Part shown: piece after piece, positions 20,039 to 30,012 of the stretch
Numbering within the stretch: the first letter of the stretch is position 1
Layout: every line of letters begins with the position of its first letter
Assembly (NCBI GenBank): GCA_026416665.1
Contig: JAOAET010000055.1
Location: 2,490-66,489 of the forward strand
DNA from: Candidatus Omnitrophota bacterium
Lineage (GTDB): Bacteria > Omnitrophota > Gorgyraeia > Gygaellales > Profunditerraquicolaceae
Direction: 5' to 3'
Length of the DNA: 64,000 nt
Notes under the pieces: generated by a model
What the model was told of the DNA's origin: nothing
Seen by the model: only the letters and a program-made list of their open reading frames with translations
The model's database searches: none
Translations under genes and position numbers: made by a program

Positions 20039-20791
20039 TTATGCTATAACTAAATCCTGCTTGTTGGTACGTATTTTTGCTAATTCCCAACTGTAATCAT
20101 AAAGATGTAGCCCTTTACTTACAGCAATAATTTCTCCGTCGCTTACCCCAATTTCTTCTGCCATATACTGTTTCACCAGTTGTAGGCCACCTAAATTAGA
20201 AGGAAAACCACTCCATAAATCCCATGAACGGAAGTATAAAATAAAATGCAGTTTTCCATAGCGAATGCGTGTATCAATAAGTCTTAGACAAGGGGGATCG
20301 TCTAGTTTAAGGTCAGAGGGCATGCCGATTTCCATAGTAGCTTGATTTGTACCAAATCCTTTATTTTTATATATGGCGATTACTTCCTCTATCTGATTAC
20401 AGTCCAAAGGAATCTCTTTTATCATCTCTTTTCCATTTACTCTTTCTTTGATACGAGCTTTAGGAGCTACTAGTCGTTCACCATAGGTGTAGTCTTCTGT
20501 TTCTGTTTTTTGGCCAGTTAACAGATAACTGAGATAACTATTAATGTATTCCATATCTGTAGGTGCGGGGATACACATTCCTTCGGGTATAATTGGTATA
20601 ATTTGATGGGCAGGTTGCCGAACCCGGACTGTTACAAAATCAAATTCAAGTCTTTTTTGTCCTTTATAACTACCTTGTGTAATAGTATAAACATATCCTT
20701 TTTCGAGAATCTGAGATAAGCACTGAAACCAGGCATCATCTAAATCAAAGGCATCAATGAAAACTGGTTCTAAAAATTGTTTTTCTACCAT
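20039..20791 (-). CDS. thymidylate synthase family protein (divergent ThyA-like)
   Basis: 250 aa; DDPPCLRLID (catalytic Cys in a PPC context) and RSWDLWSGFPSNLGG (compare ThyA RSCDVFLGLPFNIAS). Confidence 0.6.
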   Translation of the reverse strand: MVEKQFLEPVFIDAFDLDDAWFQCLSQILEKGYVYTITQGSYKGQKRLEFDFVTVRVRQPAHQIIPIIPEGMCIPAPTDMEYINSYLSYLLTGQKTETEDYTYGERLVAPKARIKERVNGKEMIKEIPLDCNQIEEVIAIYKNKGFGTNQATMEIGMPSDLKLDDPPCLRLIDTRIRYGKLHFILYFRSWDLWSGFPSNLGGLQLVKQYMAEEIGVSDGEIIAVSKGLHLYDYSWELAKIRTNKQDLVIA

Positions 20792-20804
20792 ATTTCTTAC
20801 CTAA

Positions 20805-20875
20805 AGCGGGAGACCGGAATCGAACCGGCATATATAGCTTGGAAGGCTATTGTTCTACCATTGAACTACTCCCGC
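20805..20875 (-). tRNA. tRNA-Gly (anticodon UCC)
   Basis: Acceptor GCGGGAG/CTCCCGC, anticodon loop CUUCCAA, T-arm TTCGATTCC. Confidence 0.8.
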
Positions 20876-20938
20876 ATAAAAGTTTTACAATTAAGCAAAA
20901 TTTTTACTTTTTCACAACTTTAAATCTATGGTTAAGGA

Positions 20939-21025
20939 TGGTGGGCAGGAAAGGATTCGAACCTTTGAAGCGCCTAGCGCAACAGATTTACAGTCTGTCC
21001 CCTTTAGCCACTTGGGTACCTGCCC
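20939..21025 (-). tRNA. tRNA-Tyr (anticodon GUA)
   Basis: Long variable arm, anticodon loop CUGUAAA, encoded CCA, T-arm GGTTCGAATCC. Confidence 0.8.
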
Positions 21026-21035
21026 ACTTTCAAAG

Positions 21036-21108
21036 AGCCGGCTAGAGGAATCGAACCCCCGACCCGCTGTTTACAAAACAGCTGCTCTACCTGCTGAGCT
21101 AAGCCGGC
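21036..21108 (-). tRNA. tRNA-Thr (anticodon UGU)
   Basis: Acceptor GCCGGCT/AGCCGGC, anticodon loop UUUGUAA, T-arm GGTTCGATTCC. Confidence 0.8.
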
Positions 21109-21980
21109 AATCTTCTTGAACATTTTTTAATTGCATTGGGAATATTCGTAATAATATCAGAGGCGGTCATCGCTATCTGAGTAAATTTTTTGCTAGCAAT
21201 ATCACCTGCTAAACCATGTAAATAAACTCCATACTTGGCAGCATCAAAAGCATTTAAACCTTGCGCACGAAATGCAGCAATAATTCCTGTTAAGACATCA
21301 CCACTACCGCCCTTTGCCATTCCTGGATTTCCTGTATTATTTACAAATATTCCATTGAGGTTACTTGCTACAATTGTTTCATAACCTTTTAACACAAGAA
21401 TTACATTATACCTACGAACAAATTCCAGTGCAATATTTTTTCTGTCTTTTTGAATTTTATCAACTGAGATATGTAAAAGACGCGCCATTTCTCCGGGATG
21501 AGGAGTTAAGATAATATCTTGCTTCCTATTTTTAATTAATTCTAGATGACCCACAAGGGCATTTATTCCATCAGCATCAATTACTTGAGGACAGGATACT
21601 TCTTTAATTACTTTTCTAATAAATCTTTGGGTTTGTGACTCCTGGGTTAGTCCACATCCAATTGCTAATACATCTATATTTTTTAAAAAACTTTTTATTT
21701 GATTAAAACACGATAAAGATAATGTGCCATTTTTAGTATCTTTAAGTGGTAAAGTCATTATCTCTTTGGGTTTTTTCTTTAAGAAAATATTAACAATAGA
21801 ACGAGGAATAGCTACTGTAACCAATCCCGTTCCACTTCGAGAAGCAGCTTCCGCAGCTAACGCTACTGCTCCAGAAAAACGAAGCGAACCACCAACAATT
21901 AAAACATGGCCATAATCACCTTTATGGGAGTTTTTTTTCCTGAGTAACAATTGCGGAGGCAACTGCATAGTTTTTAACAT
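21099..21980 (-). CDS. nnr: ADP-dependent NAD(P)H-hydrate dehydratase (YjeF C-terminal family)
   Basis: HKGDYGHVLIVGGS and GGSGDVLTGIIAAF motifs. The start is uncertain: the ORF track begins at 22058, but an internal Met near 21980 limits overlap with acpS. Confidence 0.7.
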   Translation of the reverse strand: MLKTMQLPPQLLLRKKNSHKGDYGHVLIVGGSLRFSGAVALAAEAASRSGTGLVTVAIPRSIVNIFLKKKPKEIMTLPLKDTKNGTLSLSCFNQIKSFLKNIDVLAIGCGLTQESQTQRFIRKVIKEVSCPQVIDADGINALVGHLELIKNRKQDIILTPHPGEMARLLHISVDKIQKDRKNIALEFVRRYNVILVLKGYETIVASNLNGIFVNNTGNPGMAKGGSGDVLTGIIAAFRAQGLNAFDAAKYGVYLHGLAGDIASKKFTQIAMTASDIITNIPNAIKKCSRRLPA

Positions 21981-22290
21981 GCGAAATTGATATGTAAATG
22001 GTATAATTTTTTGCTTTATTATTTTGTACAAGACAATATGGTTTTCCTTCTTCATCATTAAAAATTTGAACTTCCTTAAAGGATAATTTTGGGTTACCTA
22101 AGGCTTTAAAAATTGCTTCTTTTGCTGCAAAACGACCTGCTAAATGTTGATACGGAACATGTTTTGTCTTAGCAAATTCTATCTCCTCAGTAGTAAATAT
22201 TCTTTTAAGAAAAGAATCACCCCATTTTTCTATGGCTCTGCGAAGTCGGGTTACTTCGGTTATATCTACCCCTGTTCCGATAATTTTCAT
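21922..22290 (-). CDS. acpS: holo-[acyl-carrier-protein] synthase
   Basis: 122 aa; MKIIGTGVDITEV...AAKEAIFKALG 4'-phosphopantetheinyl transferase motifs. Confidence 0.85.
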   Translation of the reverse strand: MKIIGTGVDITEVTRLRRAIEKWGDSFLKRIFTTEEIEFAKTKHVPYQHLAGRFAAKEAIFKALGNPKLSFKEVQIFNDEEGKPYCLVQNNKAKNYTIYISISHVKNYAVASAIVTQEKKLP

Positions 22291-23009
22291 ATTGATTTTT
22301 CTGTTATGATTTTTTTCATCTGGGCGACAGCATTAAATAACCCAATTATTGCTGCCCGACAGACAATAGAATAACCAATATTTAGCTCTTCAATAACATT
22401 AATAGAGGAAATTGCTCCTACGTTATTATAATCTAAACCATGGCCAGCATATACATGAAGACCTAGGTTATGCGCATAGTATACTGCTTCTTTTATTTGT
22501 CTAAGATTCTTTTTTAAACTGTGAGGTGTTCGGGCATTAGCATAATGGCCTGTATGCAGTTCTATGCGATGAACACCCAGTTTCAAACACGCATCAATCT
22601 GTTCCTTGATTGGGTCAATAAATAAACTTACAGCAATGTTTCTTTTCTCTAGTCTTCTGATTACCCTAACAATTTTATAAAAGTTTTTTAAAACATCTAG
22701 TCCCCCTTCTGTGGTTACTTCTTGTCTTTTTTCTGGGACAATAGTTGCCTGGTCAGGTTTGACTTTTTCACAAAATCTTACTATATCTTCTGCAGATGAC
22801 ATTTCTAAATTAAGTTTTGTTGTAATGGCCTTTCGTAATAGAAGCACGTCGGTATCCTGTATGTGGCGTCGGTCCTCACGTAGGTGCACAACAATAGAAT
22901 CAGCACCTGCTTGTTCACAAATAAGTGCTGCTTCAACAATGTTGGGTTCTTTACCTTTTCGTAGTTGTCTTAACGAGGCAATATGGTCGATATTAACACC
23001 TAAACGCAT
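22287..23009 (-). CDS. pdxJ: pyridoxine 5'-phosphate synthase
   Basis: 240 aa; LGVNIDHIASLRQ, DSIVVHLREDRRHI, HAGHGL motifs. Confidence 0.9.
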   Translation of the reverse strand: MRLGVNIDHIASLRQLRKGKEPNIVEAALICEQAGADSIVVHLREDRRHIQDTDVLLLRKAITTKLNLEMSSAEDIVRFCEKVKPDQATIVPEKRQEVTTEGGLDVLKNFYKIVRVIRRLEKRNIAVSLFIDPIKEQIDACLKLGVHRIELHTGHYANARTPHSLKKNLRQIKEAVYYAHNLGLHVYAGHGLDYNNVGAISSINVIEELNIGYSIVCRAAIIGLFNAVAQMKKIITEKSI

Positions 23010-23156
23010 TATATCACTTTTAATTTTTTTATGATTTTAGGACACCAAATTTAATTAAATACCACAGGAGTACAGCTAACAGAAGCGAGATTATTTTCAA
23101 ACCAGTATTGTAAGTAAATAAATGCTTTAAGCGGAATTTCTGTTTCTTCATAACTT

Positions 23157-23924
23157 TTAATATTTCAGAAAGCTTTTTATTTTCTGAAACAATTCTTCTC
23201 TACTCAAATCTTTATATAATTTTCCTTGAAAAACTAAAGATACATCGCCACGTTCTTCAGAGACAATAATCACCACGGCATCAGTTTCATTGCTTAATCC
23301 CAAAGCTGCTCGGTGTCGTGTGCCAAAAATTCTACTTATATCGGTATTTTCTGGAAGAGGGAATATACAACCGGCGGCACGTATTCTGTTTTGTTGAATA
23401 ATTATTCCACCGTCGTGCAATATATTATTAGGGCTAAAAATTGCTTCTATTAATTCTGCAGAGATTTTTGCATCAAGCTCTACACCGTTTTCCGCATAAG
23501 CAGAAAGAGATTCTCGATTTTCTATGGCAATCAATGCCCCTATTTTTTTTCTGCACAAAATATCAGTGGCTTTAGTTATTTCTTTAAGGATTACATCTGT
23601 ATCTTCTTCCGGTATGTTAATGGCAAAAAAATGTTGCTGTCCTAGTTTAGCAAAACCTTGTCTTATTTCGGGGTGGAATATAATTAAGGCAGCAATTACG
23701 GATATCGCAAACAGTTTATTTAGAAGCCAAGATACAGTAGTAAGTTCTGCGACTTGTGCAACTAAATACAAAAGCACTAAAATAAGAATTCCTCTGAAAA
23801 CCTGTCGTGCGCGGCTACTGGCAAACAAGAGAATCAGAAGATGATAAATAATAAACCAGAGAATACTAATTTCGATAATAGGTTTCAAAAAAAAGAAAAT
23901 TTTCTGTAGATTCGTTTCGATCAT
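23157..23924 (-). CDS. cdaA: diadenylate cyclase (c-di-AMP synthase), membrane-anchored CdaA type
   Basis: Three N-terminal TM helices plus DAC domain with DGA(GG)II, RHRAALGLSNETDA, IIVSEERG motifs. Confidence 0.85.
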   Translation of the reverse strand: MIETNLQKIFFFLKPIIEISILWFIIYHLLILLFASSRARQVFRGILILVLLYLVAQVAELTTVSWLLNKLFAISVIAALIIFHPEIRQGFAKLGQQHFFAINIPEEDTDVILKEITKATDILCRKKIGALIAIENRESLSAYAENGVELDAKISAELIEAIFSPNNILHDGGIIIQQNRIRAAGCIFPLPENTDISRIFGTRHRAALGLSNETDAVVIIVSEERGDVSLVFQGKLYKDLSREELFQKIKSFLKY

Positions 23925-25129
23925 AAGTAGTGTGCCGTTTTAATTGCAAACGTAAGCTTAAGTGCATCTTGTATTGCTTTTACATCATGAACTCTTAAAA
24001 TATTTGCGCCTTGATTTGCTGCCCACACACAAGAGGCAATGGTTCCGTATAAGCGTCCTTCTGGTGGTTGTGAGATGATTTTTCCAATAAAAGATTTTCT
24101 TGAAGTCCCAATTACTATTGGTAAACCAAGAGTTTTAAAGTCAGCAAGGTACTTAAGAATAGTAAGATTGTGTTCTAAAGTTTTACCAAAACCAATACCT
24201 GGATCTATCATTAAAGAGTCAATATCAATACCATCAGCCATGGCAATCTTTATTCTTTTAGTAAAAAATGACATAATATCATTTACTACATTTTTGTAAG
24301 TAGGATTACGTTGCATAGTACGTGGATTGCCTTTCATATGCATAATAATACAGCCGGCGCGATACTGCTTAATTATCTTACGCATCTTAGGGTCACACAA
24401 ACCAGTTACATCATTAATAATATTTGCTCCTGCCTCAAGGGCCTCTTTAGCTACTTGTGGTTTATAGGTATCCACCGATAAAGGAATTTTAATTTCTTGA
24501 GAAATGCGGCGAACTACAGGGATTATCCTACGTAATTCCTCTTTTACATCTACAGGTTTGGCTTGGGGGCGAGTTGACTCCCCTCCTATATCAAGTATAT
24601 CGGCCCCCTCTGAAATTTTTCTATGACAGTTTTCTATAATTGTTTCAATGTTTTGATTAGCTAAGCCGTCACCACTGAAAGAATCAGGTGTAATATTTAT
24701 GATACCCATTATCAGTGGTTTATTTTTTATTATATCGATCTGACGCTTCGCACACTTTATACAATAGTTATCAGCGTTTTCCTGGTGAATAATTTTGTCT
24801 AATAGCTGCGTAACTTCTGATAATCCGAAAGGTTGTATTTTTAATTTTTCCAATAATCTTTTGTATTGAGAATGATTACCTATTAACACACAATAAGCTT
24901 TTTTAGATTTTCCAATAAGAATATTTTTAGGAACCGCAACATCTCCACCGCAGGAAAGCATCTCTTGTTTTAAAATAAGACAAGCAGAATAGACTAGTGG
25001 ACCGAGATAAATAAGATATTGCATTGTTTTGTCTTGCATAATGCGAATACCATAAGAATGAACCAAAAGGGAAGAAAAAATCTCTTCTATATCTTTTTTA
25101 TTTTGAATATGAAGGATGCGGGCTAGCAT
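23921..25129 (-). CDS. folP: dihydropteroate synthase with an extra N-terminal domain of about 130 aa
   Basis: GIINITPDSFSGDG and DIGGESTRP pterin-binding motifs in residues ~135-402; the N-terminal 130 aa have no recognisable family. Confidence 0.85.
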   Translation of the reverse strand: MLARILHIQNKKDIEEIFSSLLVHSYGIRIMQDKTMQYLIYLGPLVYSACLILKQEMLSCGGDVAVPKNILIGKSKKAYCVLIGNHSQYKRLLEKLKIQPFGLSEVTQLLDKIIHQENADNYCIKCAKRQIDIIKNKPLIMGIINITPDSFSGDGLANQNIETIIENCHRKISEGADILDIGGESTRPQAKPVDVKEELRRIIPVVRRISQEIKIPLSVDTYKPQVAKEALEAGANIINDVTGLCDPKMRKIIKQYRAGCIIMHMKGNPRTMQRNPTYKNVVNDIMSFFTKRIKIAMADGIDIDSLMIDPGIGFGKTLEHNLTILKYLADFKTLGLPIVIGTSRKSFIGKIISQPPEGRLYGTIASCVWAANQGANILRVHDVKAIQDALKLTFAIKTAHYL

Positions 25130-26989
25130 CTATACGACGTCTTGTTTTTGTATTCCTAGTAAATTTTTTACTGTCTGGCCATCTAAGACCTCTTTCGTCA
25201 GAAGTGTTTCTGAAAGAGTTCTTAGTTTGTCTTGATTTTGTCTGAGAAGTTCCAATGCCCTTGCATAACATAAATCAACAATACGTTTTACTTCTTCATC
25301 AATAAGATGTGCGGTCTGTTCACTATAATTACGTTCCTCAATAATATCTCTCCCTAAAAAAATTAACCCTTCTCTTTTACCTAAGGTGATATTCCCTAGA
25401 CGTTCGGACATTCCAAACTGGGTTACCATTTTTCTCGCAGTATGTGTTGCAGTTTCAAGATCATTTTGAGCACCTGTAGTAACAGTATTAAGCATAATCT
25501 CTTCTGCTGCTCTACCACCAAGCATCATTGTTATCTCATCAAGCAGTTGTTGTTTAGTCCAATAGTGTCTATCTTCGAGAGGCGGAGTAAAGGTATAACC
25601 TCCTGCCATACCACGCGGTATAATAGAGACTTTTTTCACCGGGTTTACCTCAGGCAACAAAAGTGATAACAGGCTATGTCCTGACTCATGAAGAGCAGTA
25701 ATACGTTTTTCTTTTTCTGACATAATGTGACTTTTTTTCTCAGGACCCATTAAAACACGTTCAATAGATTGTTCAAAATCTATCATTTCAATAGCATCTT
25801 TATTTCTTCGGGCAGCCAACAAAGCAGCCTCGTTACAAAGATTAGCTAAGTCTGCACCTGAGAAACCAGGTGTTTGGCTTGCTAGAGATTTTAAATCTAC
25901 GTTGGGATGAAGTTTTAATTTTTTAGTATGAACTTTTAAAATTTCTTCTCTCCCTTTTATATCTGGTAAATTAACTACAATATGCCGGTCAAATCTGCCA
26001 GGTCTAAGTAATGCCTGGTCAAGGGTATCAGGTCTATTGGTTGCCGCAATGAGAATGAGACCTCCTGTTGTGTCAAAACCATCCATTTCCACTAACAGGG
26101 CATTTAAAGTTTGTTCACGTTCATCATGTCCACCACCAATTCCGGCAAACCGCTGTCTTCCGACTGCATCGATTTCGTCAATAAAGATAATTGCACCTTT
26201 ACCTGAGGCACGGGCAGCACGCCTGCCTTGTTCAAAAAGGTCGCGCACACGGCTTGCTCCTACTCCTACAAACATCTCTACAAAATCTGACCCTGAAATA
26301 CTGAAAAATGGAACTCCTGCCTCTCCTGCTACTGCTTTGGCAATAAGTGTTTTTCCGCAACCTGGAGGACCTACTAGAAGAACACCTTTAGGAATTTTAC
26401 CTCCAAGTTTTTGAAATTTTTTGGGGTCTTTTAAAAACTCAATAACTTCTTTAAGTTCCTCTTTGGCTTCATCTACACCAGCAACATCTTGAAAGGTAAC
26501 CCGATTAGCAGATTTTTCTGAATGAACCTTAGGATTAATCTTTCCAAAGGACATTATTCGGTTTCCTATTTGTTCACCCCGAGAAGCCATTAGCCACCAA
26601 AAAAGAATTAGTAAAGCAACTGGTAAAAGGTTGATAAGTAAAACACCTACTAATCTAGGTGGTTTTATTTCAAACCGTTCGACATTATTACGTAGTAGGT
26701 CAAGAAGCACTTGGTCATTTTCAGGAATATTCACCAGAAAGTCTGTTCCATCTTTTAATTTGCCAGTCAGAACCGTCTCAGTCTTTACTACAGACTGAAT
26801 TTGATTAGTGGGTTTTGGTTCTTTTGCTAAATTATAAAATTCTGAATACGGTATCTCTTTGGTTTTCATCATTTGCGGAAGTGGTGAAAAAATAAAAAGG
26901 TATATTAAAGCAAGAAGTAAAAACCACCCCCATGGAATACGTTTTAAAGGTTTATTCTTTTTGGTTAATCTATTCCCGTTACTATTCAT
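25130..26989 (-). CDS. ftsH: ATP-dependent zinc metalloprotease FtsH
   Basis: 619 aa; TM anchor, AAA domain ([17 protein letters not shown]), HESGH zinc site. Confidence 0.95.
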   Translation of the reverse strand: MNSNGNRLTKKNKPLKRIPWGWFLLLALIYLFIFSPLPQMMKTKEIPYSEFYNLAKEPKPTNQIQSVVKTETVLTGKLKDGTDFLVNIPENDQVLLDLLRNNVERFEIKPPRLVGVLLINLLPVALLILFWWLMASRGEQIGNRIMSFGKINPKVHSEKSANRVTFQDVAGVDEAKEELKEVIEFLKDPKKFQKLGGKIPKGVLLVGPPGCGKTLIAKAVAGEAGVPFFSISGSDFVEMFVGVGASRVRDLFEQGRRAARASGKGAIIFIDEIDAVGRQRFAGIGGGHDEREQTLNALLVEMDGFDTTGGLILIAATNRPDTLDQALLRPGRFDRHIVVNLPDIKGREEILKVHTKKLKLHPNVDLKSLASQTPGFSGADLANLCNEAALLAARRNKDAIEMIDFEQSIERVLMGPEKKSHIMSEKEKRITALHESGHSLLSLLLPEVNPVKKVSIIPRGMAGGYTFTPPLEDRHYWTKQQLLDEITMMLGGRAAEEIMLNTVTTGAQNDLETATHTARKMVTQFGMSERLGNITLGKREGLIFLGRDIIEERNYSEQTAHLIDEEVKRIVDLCYARALELLRQNQDKLRTLSETLLTKEVLDGQTVKNLLGIQKQDVV

Positions 26990-27068
26990 ACCTACTCCTT
27001 TTAGATGTTTGCCTTATTATATACATAACTTATTTCAAAATCAAGAAGTTACTGAATATTTATTTTTA

Positions 27069-28043
27069 CTATGATTTACTAGATTCTCTATAAAAAAATT
27101 CTATTGTATTTGCTTTTTTTCTTACGCTAATATCTGCTGGTAGATCTACAATTGAACCTTCTTTTTCATAATAACAAAGATTTTCTATTAACTGTATATG
27201 CCTGAAAGTAAGCTTTCGGCTATCTCCTTTAAGGCGTACATACATCAATCTTATTAATTGTCTTGCGATAGCTGGGTGCAATGAAGAAAGTTTTTTAAGA
27301 CAGATGCGTTTAACATTTTTTCTAGGAAGAAATTTTTCAGTTGAATGTAAAATAAAGTCATAATCAAAACGAACACTGTCTGCTAACTGCGAAAGCAATG
27401 TTTTAATAGCTGGTGTGAAATTTTTTTCTAAGTAAGGGATTAAATGATTTCTAATTTTATTCCTAAAAAAAATGTCTTTTAAATTGGTATGGTCAATACG
27501 AGGAATGATTTTTTTCCTTCTTAAAAAATATTCAATTTGAGACCTTGAAACCTCAAGCAATGGACGGATAAAGCGTATCCCAAATAAATTACGACATGGA
27601 CAAATAGCTGCTAATCCTTGTAGTCCTGTTCCTCGTAGTAGACGCATTAATACTGTCTCTGCTTGGTCATCAAGTGTGTGGCCTAAGGCTATAGCATTAG
27701 CGAACTTAAGTTTTGCCACCCGACATAGAAAAGAAATACGTTCATTTCTTAAATATTCTTCCAATGAGCCAGCAATGTTTTTTTTCTTTATTTTACCTAT
27801 GGTGTAGTCTACTGCCAGTTTGTTACAAAGTTTTATTACAAATTTTTTATCATCTTGAGCTTCTTTTCGTAAGCCGTGGTCAAAGTGGGCAACATGAATT
27901 TTCAATTTATACTCTTTTTGGAGAGCAATAAGACATAAAAGTAAAGCTACTGAATCAGGGCCTCCTGAAACCCCAACAACCACTCTGTCATTTAGCTTTA
28001 GCAGATGATATTTTTCTACAGTTTCCTTCACATGTTTAAGCAT
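27069..28043 (-). CDS. tilS: tRNA(Ile)-lysidine synthetase
   Basis: 324 aa; PP-loop SGGPDS, HFDHGLR motif. Confidence 0.9.
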   Translation of the reverse strand: MLKHVKETVEKYHLLKLNDRVVVGVSGGPDSVALLLCLIALQKEYKLKIHVAHFDHGLRKEAQDDKKFVIKLCNKLAVDYTIGKIKKKNIAGSLEEYLRNERISFLCRVAKLKFANAIALGHTLDDQAETVLMRLLRGTGLQGLAAICPCRNLFGIRFIRPLLEVSRSQIEYFLRRKKIIPRIDHTNLKDIFFRNKIRNHLIPYLEKNFTPAIKTLLSQLADSVRFDYDFILHSTEKFLPRKNVKRICLKKLSSLHPAIARQLIRLMYVRLKGDSRKLTFRHIQLIENLCYYEKEGSIVDLPADISVRKKANTIEFFYRESSKS

Positions 28044-28087
28044 ATTAAAGAAATAGATACAGTAGATTCATATCTAACAGATATAAA

Positions 28088-28615
28088 TTATTTATTATTT
28101 TTTTTAAAAGTCACCATAAAAAAATTTACCAAACATATTAAACCAAAAAGAAAATAGCAAAAAAGTGTAAGCCATACTCCGATGAGTAAATTTACTTTTA
28201 CTACAGCCTTATCTAAATTAGTTGTCAAAATTTTTAAAGTTGTGCCAGTAGCTATAGCTATGCTAATGATTCCTACTAATAGGTTAATCCATTTATTTCT
28301 GCCCAGAAATAACATTAATAAGAGAAAGAAAATTGAAAATCCTGGAACAAGCCAGATTAGGTAACTTTTCTTATCGACATTTTTAATAGATGGGTTAAAT
28401 ATTTGAACAATCGTAATTATCAATTTAGATTCAGAGCTGTTGGCAAGAATAGGGACCTGGAAACCGCTAATGGTAATCAGGGGATTTGTTGGTTTAGCCA
28501 AGATTTTACTTATACTACTTGTCACAATAGTTTCCACTCCAACCCATGGTAAAAAAAACGCAATGAATATAACTAAAGTTAAAATTACTATGGTAATCTT
28601 AGAGACCATATTCAT
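28088..28615 (-). CDS. hypothetical integral membrane protein
   Basis: 175 aa, four or five hydrophobic helices, no family recognised. Confidence 0.4.
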   Translation of the reverse strand: MNMVSKITIVILTLVIFIAFFLPWVGVETIVTSSISKILAKPTNPLITISGFQVPILANSSESKLIITIVQIFNPSIKNVDKKSYLIWLVPGFSIFFLLLMLFLGRNKWINLLVGIISIAIATGTTLKILTTNLDKAVVKVNLLIGVWLTLFCYFLFGLICLVNFFMVTFKKNNK

Positions 28616-28813
28616 TTTTACCTCCTTTTAGATAACAAACTTAATATGACTTAGATACCAAATAACTCTTTTGCAATTAAAAAATATTTTCCCGTAACAT
28701 AAAAACTAAGAAGAGAAAAATTTTTTATTTTTGATTTTAATTAAGAAGAAGTTTTTTCCTAAAAATGTGGTCGTTTTTTAGTAGATGGCTCACCAATAAA
28801 TAGTTAGGATTAG

Positions 28814-28887
28814 TGGCGGAGAGTGGATTTAAACCACCGACCAAGCGGGTATGAGCCGCCTGCTCTATCGGGCTGAGCTACTCCGCC
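28814..28887 (-). tRNA. tRNA with CAU anticodon, most like tRNA-Ile2 (lysidine type); elongator tRNA-Met not excluded
   Basis: Acceptor GGCGGAG/CTCCGCC with G1-C72, so not an initiator. Anticodon arm GGCGG-CUCAUAC-CCGCU and variable loop UGGUC closely match E. coli ileX rather than metT. Lies two genes from tilS. Confidence 0.7.
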
Positions 28888-29022
28888 ATTCTTAATTTAT
28901 GGAGTTGTTTATATTATCAAAAAAATCTTCTTAATGCAATAATTTTACATTACCCATTATCACATTATTTATTACCATATAATATTATAAAACATTTTTA
29001 TGATTATGCTATAATAAATTTT

Positions 29023-29595
29023 ATGAAAAAAATATTAATGTTTTTTTATCTAGGAGTAGTGTTTATTACTGGTTGTGCCTATTTGGGGTATTTAAAAGAC
29101 CCTTTTGAAAATATACCTAATTTTTATAAAGTATCTGAAAACCTCTACCGTGGTGGTCAGCCCAAAGAAGCTGGTTTTAGGTTTTTAAAACAACTGGGTA
29201 TTAAAACAGTAGTAAGTCTTCGTGGTAAAAATTATCATGTTGAGTTAGAACGAAAAATAATTGAAAACATGGGGATGAATTTTTTTTCTATACCTTTGAG
29301 TGTATATCAGCAACCTGAAGAGAAACAAGTATTGGAGTTTCTAGAAATATTATTGAAGAGAGAATACCAACCTGTGTTTGTTCATTGTGATAGTGGACGC
29401 GATAGAACTGGAGCAATGATTGCTATGTATCGGGTCGTAGTAGATGGGTGGACAATAAAACAAGCTTATCGTGAAGCGCGTAAGTTTGGATTTTTCCCTT
29501 ACCGCAGTAGAGAAGCGCCGTTAAAGATGTTTATACATCAACTTAAAGATAAAAAGATTTATTTTGAAAAAGCCCGGCAGTTAAAAAATGAATAA
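29023..29595 (+). CDS. lipoprotein, dual-specificity/tyrosine phosphatase-like (CX5R)
   Basis: Signal peptide with lipobox FITGC; active-site loop VHCDSGRDRTG (HCxxGxxRT). Confidence 0.65.
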   Translation: MKKILMFFYLGVVFITGCAYLGYLKDPFENIPNFYKVSENLYRGGQPKEAGFRFLKQLGIKTVVSLRGKNYHVELERKIIENMGMNFFSIPLSVYQQPEEKQVLEFLEILLKREYQPVFVHCDSGRDRTGAMIAMYRVVVDGWTIKQAYREARKFGFFPYRSREAPLKMFIHQLKDKKIYFEKARQLKNE

Positions 29596-29944
29596 AAAAA
29601 TTATATTAATAACTTGGATAGTAATTTTATTTTATCAACAGACAGCTTTTGCTTATACCATTGAGCACCATCTTATTAATATGGGAAGGGATGCACTTAA
29701 TGTGTTAGCAAGTCCAATTAAGGCAATTTTCTTTAAAGGCCCGCAGGATATAAAAAGGATGTGGCAGTATGAAGTATACGGTAAAGAAAAACCACAAAAA
29801 AGAGGTTTATGGCGATATCGCTTGTATGCTTTATGGCGAGCTCCAGCAGTAGAATTAAAAGCTGGCGTGGATGGAGTGGTTCAATCAATAACTTATTTAG
29901 GCAGTTTTAGCAAAGAGTTACTATCCATATTTTTCGGGGACTAA
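29588..29944 (+). CDS. secreted hypothetical protein
   Basis: 118 aa; N-terminal signal peptide (ILFYQQTAFA), start overlaps upstream gene (ATGA). Confidence 0.4.
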   Translation: MNKKIILITWIVILFYQQTAFAYTIEHHLINMGRDALNVLASPIKAIFFKGPQDIKRMWQYEVYGKEKPQKRGLWRYRLYALWRAPAVELKAGVDGVVQSITYLGSFSKELLSIFFGD

Positions 29945-30012
29945 ATTTATCGTAACTTATTTGTAAATCAACAAGTTATATGCTATAATTTAAGTGGAGG
30001 AAGATAGGAAAA

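Noticed and set aside
22058-22058. ORF-track start for nnr (and similarly the long starts for lepB at 54366, pheA at 60832, pgsA at 53701, tsaD at 33169 and the PilZ gene at 13484)
   Set aside because: These upstream-most starts create long overlaps with the preceding conserved gene. Internal Met codons that restore the usual 4-30 nt overlaps or small gaps were preferred. The true starts still need RBS or alignment confirmation.
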